Shown here in pieces: positions 57,106 to 64,000 of a DNA stretch of 64,000 bases (position 1 is its first letter; each line of letters begins with the position of its first letter). Origin of the DNA: a virus (Duplodnaviria > Heunggongvirae > Uroviricota > Caudoviricetes); IMG/VR virus record IMGVR_UViG_3300021400_000113, positions 40,932 to 104,931 of that record; one strand, 5' to 3'. Position numbers and translations under genes: made by a program. Under the pieces are notes generated by a model. That model saw only the letters and a program-made list of their open reading frames with translations. It was not told where the DNA came from and made no database searches.

Positions 57106-57465
57106 ATGACAGCAAATAGTGAATTAGTTCTAAACTTTCTAAAGAAGAATTATGGTAAGGAATTTACTAAGAAGGAAATTTCAGAAGCAGTTGGTGTTTC
57201 CGTTCCCGCAGTTACTGGTAGTCTAAATGGTTTAATTAAGAAGGGTTATGCTGAAACTACTCGCACTGAGGAAGTAGTAGTATCCGAAGCGACTGAAACC
57301 CGTAAGGCTCAGGTTAAGAATGTTCTATATCATCGTCTAACCGAAGCTGGCCTAACTTATGATCCCGTAGCCGAAGAAGCCGCCGCGAAGGAAGCGAAGG
57401 AAGCCGCTAAGGCTGCTCGCGCCGCAGAACGTGCTGCTGCTAAGGCCGCAAAGGAAAACGCCTAA
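57106..57465 (+). CDS. winged-helix DNA-binding protein with Ala/Lys/Glu-rich histone-H1-like tail
   Basis: N-terminal HTH-like region (...ISEAVGVSVPAVTGSLNGLIKKGY...). C-terminus AEEAAAKEAKEAAKAARAAERAAAKAAKE. RBS aaggag. Confidence 0.5.
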   Translation: MTANSELVLNFLKKNYGKEFTKKEISEAVGVSVPAVTGSLNGLIKKGYAETTRTEEVVVSEATETRKAQVKNVLYHRLTEAGLTYDPVAEEAAAKEAKEAAKAARAAERAAAKAAKENA

Positions 57466-57542
57466 TTTAAATTATAAATGGGCGATTCATGAAAATGGGT
57501 CGCCCATTAATCTTATCACTGAAATATAAGGAGAAATAAATA

Positions 57543-58442
57543 ATGAAGACGATTAATGATATTGGAAATAACAAAGTAAATATTACAGGTAAATTACTAG
57601 ACGCAACGTTTAATAGTGGTAAGACTAAAACTGGTGCTCCATATGATAGAGCAAATTTAACGATTCGTGTAGTTCAAACTTTTGGTGGACATGAAGAAGT
57701 AAGCGAGATTCCAGTAAGTATGTTTGCTTCTAAGTTTAAGTCTGACGGCGGCCCTAATCCCGCTTTCCAGAGTATTCAAGACCTACGTGAAATGAAGACT
57801 GCGCAGAATGTTGGTATTGACAATGCAGATTCACTTCGTATGACTGGTGCGACTCTTCGTGAAAATAACTTTGTAGCAAAGAGTGGTCAGCTTATTAATG
57901 GATGGCAAATTAATGGCTCATTTATTAATAGTGCTTCAACTGCGGATGTAGCTTCATTCAACCTTGATATTTTCATTATGGATATGACTGATGAAGTAGA
58001 TCGTGATGGTGATGAAACCGGTCGTTTACTTATCAAGGGCGCACTTGTACAATATGGCGGGAAGCTAGATGTACTACAATTCATTGTTGAAAATCCAGAT
58101 ACAGTAGACTATATTCGTTCTCACTGGGAAGTAAATAGTACAGTATCTGTACGTGGACGTATTCGTGTAAATGTAATTGAAGAAAAATCTTCTGGCTCTG
58201 ATAATTCTTGGGGCGAAGAAATTCCAGAAACTACAACTCGTACAGTTCGTGAACTTATTATCACTAAGGGTGATGATGAACCCAAGGAAGAAGAATTTGC
58301 TTATGATCCCGCTGAAATTAAGAAAGGATTTAATGTAAGAAAGGCTCTAATTGAACAGATGCAGTTAGACGCTCGTAATAAGAGCACCGCTAAGCCCGCT
58401 ACGGCTACTGCTTCTGCCTCTAAGTTTGACTGGGAAGAATAA
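57543..58442 (+). CDS. putative single-stranded DNA-binding protein (OB-fold) with acidic C-terminus
   Basis: 299-aa protein. Position in the replication module and acidic/aromatic tail ...SKFDWEE. Confidence 0.35.
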   Translation: MKTINDIGNNKVNITGKLLDATFNSGKTKTGAPYDRANLTIRVVQTFGGHEEVSEIPVSMFASKFKSDGGPNPAFQSIQDLREMKTAQNVGIDNADSLRMTGATLRENNFVAKSGQLINGWQINGSFINSASTADVASFNLDIFIMDMTDEVDRDGDETGRLLIKGALVQYGGKLDVLQFIVENPDTVDYIRSHWEVNSTVSVRGRIRVNVIEEKSSGSDNSWGEEIPETTTRTVRELIITKGDDEPKEEEFAYDPAEIKKGFNVRKALIEQMQLDARNKSTAKPATATASASKFDWEE

Positions 58443-58472
58443 TCCAGTCAAACTTTTAGGAGGAATTAAGTT

Positions 58473-59471
58473 ATGGCTAATATTGATATATTTACTCTTG
58501 AGCCAAGTAAAATTTCAAGAGATTTAAAAGGTAAGTTTTTACTTATTTATGGTTTGCCAAAATCCGGTAAATCAACTTTTGGATCTTAGTTACCTCGTTC
58601 GTTGTTCCTTAATTTTGAACAAGGTACAAACGCATTAGCTGGTATTCGTAGCGTACCTATTCTTCGTTGGACAGATTTTAAAAAGGTATTAAGTTAGTTA
58701 AGAAAACCGCAAGCACGCGAAATGTATGATAGTATAGTTGTTGACACTGCTTCGATTGCTTGGCAACTATGCGAAGAATATATTAAACAGCGTGAGGGAG
58801 TAGATTCAATTCGGGATATTCCTTGGGGCCAAGGATGGAATATGCTAAAAACAGAATTTTCAGAGTGTTGGCGCGAAATTACCCTACTCGGTTTTGGCAT
58901 ATTATTTATTGCTCATAGTAAGGAAAAGCCCACAGAAATGCGCGATGAAGAAGGCAATCCTATTACAGCAGTCGCTCCCGATCTACCAAATAATGCCTAT
59001 ACAATCATTAATTCCATTGTAGACATTATTGGATACTTACAAGTTCAGATGAATCCGGACGGTACTTCTCAACGCTACCTATATACTCGTTCTACTCCAA
59101 CAGTATTCGCCGGTTCTCGTTATCAATATTTAGCGCCAAAAATTAAGTTTGGTTATAAAGAACTTGTAGAAGCAATTGGTGATGCAATTGATAAAGCGGT
59201 TGAACTTGATGGAGCAGAAGTAACAGATCATACTGAAATGGCACATATTGTAGATAGACCTTTCCAAGAAGTAATGGAAGAAGCAAAACGAATTTGGATC
59301 GGATATATAGAAAGTGCTGAAACAGAAGAAGAAAAAGAACGGCACTTAATGATTATGAAGGATATTATAAAGAAAGTATTTGGAACAGAAGATTTCAAAT
59401 TAAGTCAAGCCGTTCCTTCACAATCTAGTTTGGTCGAGTTGTTTATTGATGAAATGAAAAATCTTTCCTAA
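58473..59471 (+). CDS. Sak4-like / AAA_24 RecA-fold ATPase with two in-frame TAGs
   Basis: RBS aggagg then ATG at 58473. Walker A YGLPKSGKSTFGS. Frame is continuous with ORF 58722-59471 across 2 TAG codons. Confidence 0.55.
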
Positions 59472-59474
59472 ATA

Positions 59475-59499
59475 AAAAGAGCTATAAGCTCTTTTTTTA
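59475..59499 (+). terminator. rho-independent terminator
   Basis: Hairpin aaaagagctataagctctttt followed by a T-run. Confidence 0.55.
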
Positions 59500-59500
59500 T

Positions 59501-59529
59501 TTGACTTTCTTTTGAGTTTATGATATACT
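59501..59529 (+). promoter_or_regulatory. conserved promoter copy (-10 TATACT variant)
   Basis: ttgact at 59501-59506 and tgatatact at 59521-59529. Confidence 0.45.
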
Positions 59530-59559
59530 AATTATAGAGAAAAATAAGGAGATAATAAT

Positions 59560-60051
59560 ATGGGTGGATTACGAAAGGTTTTATTATGTCATGGTTGTCA
59601 TGATAAATTTTTAAGAGAAGAGCTGGTTTATTATACAACCGCTAGGGCACAAAAAGGATATTATTATTGTCAGAAATGCTTAAAGGAAAAGAAAGATAGA
59701 GAATTATTTTTAGAAAAAGTATGCGAAATTTTTGGTATAAAGTCTCCTGGCCAGCGCATATGGAAAGAGCGGGAACGAATTATAAATAAATATGGATTTA
59801 CTGATAAAGTAATTGTTGACTGTTTAGATTATCTTTATAACGAAGTAAAAGTGAAAAAATTAGTTGAAACAATTGTTTTAGTTAATCCTGTTAATGTACA
59901 AAAAATGCGTCAATTTCAACATGACCAGACGGCACAAGCCAATCAGATTGTAAACGCATTTAAGACAGAAGTACGCGAGTATAATATCAAGCCACGCGAA
60001 AATACAGAAGAGAAAAAAGAAGAATGGAATCCAGATGACTGGTTAGATTAA
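59560..60051 (+). CDS. zinc-finger hypothetical protein
   Basis: CHGCHD...CQKC motifs. RBS aaggag. Confidence 0.45.
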   Translation: MGGLRKVLLCHGCHDKFLREELVYYTTARAQKGYYYCQKCLKEKKDRELFLEKVCEIFGIKSPGQRIWKERERIINKYGFTDKVIVDCLDYLYNEVKVKKLVETIVLVNPVNVQKMRQFQHDQTAQANQIVNAFKTEVREYNIKPRENTEEKKEEWNPDDWLD

Positions 60052-60071
60052 GGTAAGAGAGGGGATTAATA

Positions 60072-61331
60072 TTGACATTATCAGATAAAGCTGCTTATCG
60101 TAGCGTTATCGGCAGTCTTATGCATAATCCACTTTTTTTTATAGAATATCCAGATATGGTGCCGACTGATTTTGATCAGGAAATAGCCCGTATTTGTTTT
60201 TTAATTATTAAAAAATTATATAATGAAGGCGCTGTAGTTATTACGCCAATAGAAGTAGATCAAGAAGTAGAAAGACATGAACGAACAGCAATAATATATA
60301 AAAGAGAACATGGTCTGGATTATATAAAAGATGCTTATGAGATTGCTGAACCGGGAAATTTCCCGTTATTTTATTCACGAGTAAAAAAGTGCGCATTATT
60401 ACGTCGCTTAAAAAAAGATAAATATGATATTAGTGAATTTTATATAGATGAAAAAGAAGCGGAGAATCCTTTACAGGAAGTAAAAGCACAAGAGCGATTC
60501 GAAGGTGCAACAATAGAAGAAATTTTAAATTCTGTTGAAGGAAAATACAATATTATAAGAAATGAGTTCTTAGCGGGTGGAAAAACAAAAGGAGATCCCG
60601 CAGAAGGTATATTTACATTAATTGAAGATTTAAAACAATCTCCAAGTATTGGCCCCGCATTAGAAGGAGATATTTTTAGTATGGCGTGTCGCGGAGCAAG
60701 AGCTGGATGTTTTTATTTAAAATCCGCCTCAACCAGTGCCGGTAAGACAAGAACTGCGGTATTTGATGCCTGTAAATTAGCATATCCAACAAGATGGTCT
60801 CATGAACTTGGAACTTTTGCCCAAGATGCATTTAAAACAACGGGGGAATTTGTTGAGCCACGAAAAGTTTTATTCATCGTTACAGAAATGGATAAAGTAG
60901 AATTACAAACAATTATGTTAGCGTATTTATCAGGAGTAGATGAAGATCATATTCTTAGAGGAGATTATGATATGGGAGAAGAAAGTAGAGTTAAATACGC
61001 GGCAAGAATTATTGAAAAATATAAGGGAAATTTTATTGTTGAAGAAATTAGTGATCCGAACTTAACAAATGTTGAAGCAACAATAAAAAAATATGCGACT
61101 ATTGATAAAGTAAAATATGTATTTTTTGATTATATACATTCAACCGCAAGTATGATTGGACAATTTGCTAAAAATAATATTCGTGAAGATAGTATTTTGA
61201 TGATGATGGCTAATCAATTAAAGCAATTAGCAAAAGATTATAATATTTTTATTTTTTCCGCAACACAGGTAAATGCTAATGCTATGATGGATGATGCAGA
61301 ATTTAAAAATGAAACCTGTATAAGGGGTTCC
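60072..61331 (+). CDS. DnaB-like replicative helicase, exon 1 (interrupted by intron)
   Basis: TTG start. DnaB N-terminal motif YRSVIGSLMHNP. Walker A SAGKT. ATQVNAN (DnaB SQLNR-like). Ends ...ETCIRGS immediately before TGA. Confidence 0.55.
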
Positions 61332-62319
61332 TGATAGTTGTGCCCCAAAAAACCCTAACCGCTTACCGGCGGGGTCGCAATAGCGGCTAACGAGGAAGTC
61401 CTAAAAATTTTTAGGATAATCTCGTGTCATGTAAGAAAATATCATAAATTAATTGTCGGAAAAATACTTATCTTATGACAGTAAGATAAGGAGGGATGCT
61501 TTATGGATAAAGTATCAGGAATATATGTAATAACAAATTTAATTAATAATAAACAATATGTTGGTTTATCAAAAGACTGCCATAAACGTTGGGCTGATCA
61601 TTATAATAAAAGTTATACTTCTAATAGAAAAGATGATTTAGAAAAGGCATTATACAAGGCAATGAAAAAATATGGCAGAGATAATTTTTCTTTTTAGATA
61701 ATCGAAGAATGTTCAGAAGATAAATTAGCAGAAAGAGAAATTTATTGGATTGAATAGCTTAATAGCTATGAAAAAGGATATAATGAAACTCGCGGAGGAG
61801 ATATATCAGGTCCAAATAATATTCACCTCGGAGAAGAACATGGAATGGCTAAATTAACAGAAGAAGAAGTTATTCAATGTAGAAATTGGTATAAAGAAGG
61901 AAAACGTAGTAAGGAGATATGGGAAAAATATTTTCAAAATAAAATTCAATATAGCGGATTTTAGAGAATGTGGCATGGAAAGACATGGAAACATATAATG
62001 CCAGAAGTTTTTGAAAATAATCCTCATCCGCGGAAAAAAGTAACTCCTGAAATAATATAGCAAATAAAAGATATGTATAATATTCAAAATATGAGTTGTG
62101 CTGAAATATACCATTATTTTGATGAAACAATTAGTAGAACTAGTATAAACGATTACTGTCATAATCGTAGATGATATTTTCTTAAGCGATGTATCGACTA
62201 TTCCCTTAATCGGGAAGTACAATAACTATTGGTACGTTATTGGAAACGGGTTTTCTTATCTAATTAGATAAGTAAGAAATAGTCAGTGCCATTGGTAACA
62301 ATGGAATAAACGGCAAAAG
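61332..62319 (+). mobile_element. putative group I intron in the helicase gene, carrying a GIY-YIG homing-endonuclease ORF
   Basis: ~1-kb insertion between helicase segments. Joining exon 1 (...CIRGS) to 62320 (IADKADMGFVM...) restores the conserved DnaB region (RESGSIEQDADvvmf). The insertion ends in G at 62319 and exon 1 ends in U. Confidence 0.45.
61503..62174 (+). CDS. GIY-YIG homing endonuclease with four in-frame TAGs
   Basis: RBS aaggaggg. GIYVITNLINNKQYVGLS GIY-YIG motif. Further YWIE-[TAG]-LNSYEKGYNETRGG. Frame is open to TGA at 62172-62174. Confidence 0.55.
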
Positions 62320-62660
62320 CCATAGCAGATAAGGCAGATATGGGTTTCGTTATGACGCGAATAAGTGAAAAAACTTGGAATAGCGTTGTTGGAAAATTTC
62401 GTATGGCGGCGCTGGAAGGAATAATAGATAAAGAAATAATTGATAATCCAGATAAGCGTCCAACACATATACTTGATATATATAAAATGAGACGCGGTCG
62501 TTATAAAAATGTAAGAATTTGGATTAGCTTACATCTTGGAACTGGTTATAGAAAAGATCTTATTATGACAACCGCGGATAATCAACCTATTGATAGAATA
62601 GATAAATTTAATACAACAGTTCCAATTCAGATTTCTAACTGGGCGGAGGAAATTAAGTGA
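62320..62660 (+). CDS. DnaB-like replicative helicase, exon 2
   Basis: Frame of ORF 62340-62660 extended upstream to 62320. ...IADKADMGFVM... and ...KMRRGRYKNVRIWISLHLGTG... match the DnaB C-terminal motifs. Confidence 0.5.
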
Positions 62661-63784
62661 TTTACAGTTTAAATGAGCAAGATAATGAATTAGATTTATT
62701 AGAAGCCAGTAAAATGGATATAATAAATTCAATTACATTAAATGACGTAAAAACTTTTTTAGAAAGCCTAGGAGTAGATCAAATAAGTGTTAATGAAGAA
62801 AAACAATATTTAATCTGTCCAACAATATGCCATAATCCATTACATGAAGCAGAATCAATGAAATTGTATTGGTATCAAAATAATAAAATATTTAGATGTT
62901 ATACTGAATGTAATGAAGCAATGTCTATATTCACTTTGTATAAAAAATTTATCGCGCAGAATGAAGATAGAGATATAACAGATGAAGAAGCAGAAGATTA
63001 TGTAAAGCATTGCTTAAAACAAGTTATTAAAGTAAATCAGCAAAAGGTTTCTGGGATTACATTAGATAGAGAAAAATATAAATTTACAAAAAATATTCCA
63101 GTATTAGATGAATATTCACCTAATATTTTATCATATTTTACCCATTATTATCATCCATTATGGCTGCGAGATGGAATAACAAAAGAGTCTATGGATCATT
63201 TTCAGATTGGGTTTTCCATAGCGCAAAATAAAATTATAATTCCACATTTTGATATAAATGGTCGCTTAGTAGGTATTCGCGCGCGAACTATTGATCCGCA
63301 GGAAGCCGAAGAATTTGGTAAATATAGACCAGTACAAATAGGGAATACAATATATACACATCAACTTCAATTTAATTTATATGGTATTTATGAACATCAA
63401 ATTAGTATCCAGCATCGTCGTTCCGCTATTATCGTAGAAGGAGAAAAATCAGTTTTATTAGATGACGGATATTATGGAGAATTAAGTAATACAGTGGCTT
63501 GTTGTGGTTCAACATTTAACAAATATCATATAAGTCTTTTAACTAATGTTTTAGGCGCAAATGAAATTATTGTAGCACTTGATAAGGAATATGATGATTA
63601 TAGAAGCGACAAAGCTAAAAAATATAAAGAAAAGATTGAAGGTATGTGCCGTAAATACTTAAATCAAGCTAATTTTTCATATATATGGGATAAAGAAAAC
63701 TTATTAAGAGAGAAAGATTCTCCATTTGATAGAGGAAAAGAAGTATTTGAATATTTATATAAACATAGAATAAAAGTTAAATAA
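62657..63784 (+). CDS. DnaG-like DNA primase (zinc-binding plus Toprim)
   Basis: GTG start with RBS ggagg. Zinc-ribbon CPTICHNPLHEAESMKLYWYQNNKIFRCYTEC. Toprim IIVEGEKSVLLDD and ALDKEYDD. Confidence 0.6.
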   Translation: MIYSLNEQDNELDLLEASKMDIINSITLNDVKTFLESLGVDQISVNEEKQYLICPTICHNPLHEAESMKLYWYQNNKIFRCYTECNEAMSIFTLYKKFIAQNEDRDITDEEAEDYVKHCLKQVIKVNQQKVSGITLDREKYKFTKNIPVLDEYSPNILSYFTHYYHPLWLRDGITKESMDHFQIGFSIAQNKIIIPHFDINGRLVGIRARTIDPQEAEEFGKYRPVQIGNTIYTHQLQFNLYGIYEHQISIQHRRSAIIVEGEKSVLLDDGYYGELSNTVACCGSTFNKYHISLLTNVLGANEIIVALDKEYDDYRSDKAKKYKEKIEGMCRKYLNQANFSYIWDKENLLREKDSPFDRGKEVFEYLYKHRIKVK

Positions 63785-63801
63785 AGGGGACTGATGAGCA
63801 A

Positions 63802-64000
63802 ATGAAATACCGACTAAAAAAGAATTATCCTACCAATCCAGATGAAGCCTTACCTGCAATTTTAGCTGATCGCGGCGTGAAAGAAATAGAAAAATTTTTA
63901 AATCCATCTTTTGCCTGTGAATTAAATCCATATGATTTAGAAAACATTGAAGCAGGCGTAGAAATGCTATTAAGACATTTGCGTGCGAATAGTAGCATAC
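63802..64000 (+). CDS. RecJ-like ssDNA exonuclease (DHH family), N-terminal fragment (partial)
   Basis: PAILADRGVKEIEKFLNPSFACELNPYDLENIEAGVEMLLRHL resembles the RecJ N-terminus. Runs off the window end. Confidence 0.4.
   Translation, partial: MKYRLKKNYPTNPDEALPAILADRGVKEIEKFLNPSFACELNPYDLENIEAGVEMLLRHLRANSSI

Noticed and set aside
57478-57510. Hairpin aatgggcga...tcgcccatt after the H1-like gene as a terminator
   Set aside because: Strong 9-bp stem but no downstream U-tract. Possibly a processing or stability hairpin rather than an intrinsic terminator.

Overview
This is an AT-rich, plus-strand tailed-phage genome segment, probably from a large virulent phage. It has six notable properties. 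(1) One strongly conserved sigma70-like promoter is repeated about 30 times: TTGACTTT, a 17-nt spacer, TGnTATAAT, then AAATATGTAAGAAAGGA. (2) The first ~12.5 kb carries about 28 tRNA or tRNA-like genes, separated by unusually GC-rich non-coding islands. One tRNA has a CUA anticodon (amber suppressor), and several tRNA-like genes have large insertions or aberrant architecture. (3) TAG is used as a sense codon in many genes across the window. Affected genes include a ~811-aa tail fibre, a ~958-aa protein, a holin, a Dam methylase, a Sak4-like ATPase and a GIY-YIG endonuclease. True stops are TAA or TGA. (4) A DnaB-like helicase gene is split by a ~1-kb intron carrying a GIY-YIG homing endonuclease. 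(5) The early region encodes a rich nucleotide-metabolism and DNA-replication set: a PurA/PurZ-like enzyme, HD hydrolases, two nucleobase permeases, two nucleoside deoxyribosyltransferase-like proteins, a NADAR protein, a dNMP kinase, two KxDG ligases, RNase H, topoisomerase II subunits, DnaG-like primase, an SSB-like protein, a RecJ-like protein, and restriction-modification and Dam methylases. (6) An iteron-plus-palindrome origin-like region lies downstream of a Rep-like gene. Coordinates were hand-indexed from the printed sequence, so boundaries may be off by a few nt. All family assignments are from motif recognition by eye, not database searches.
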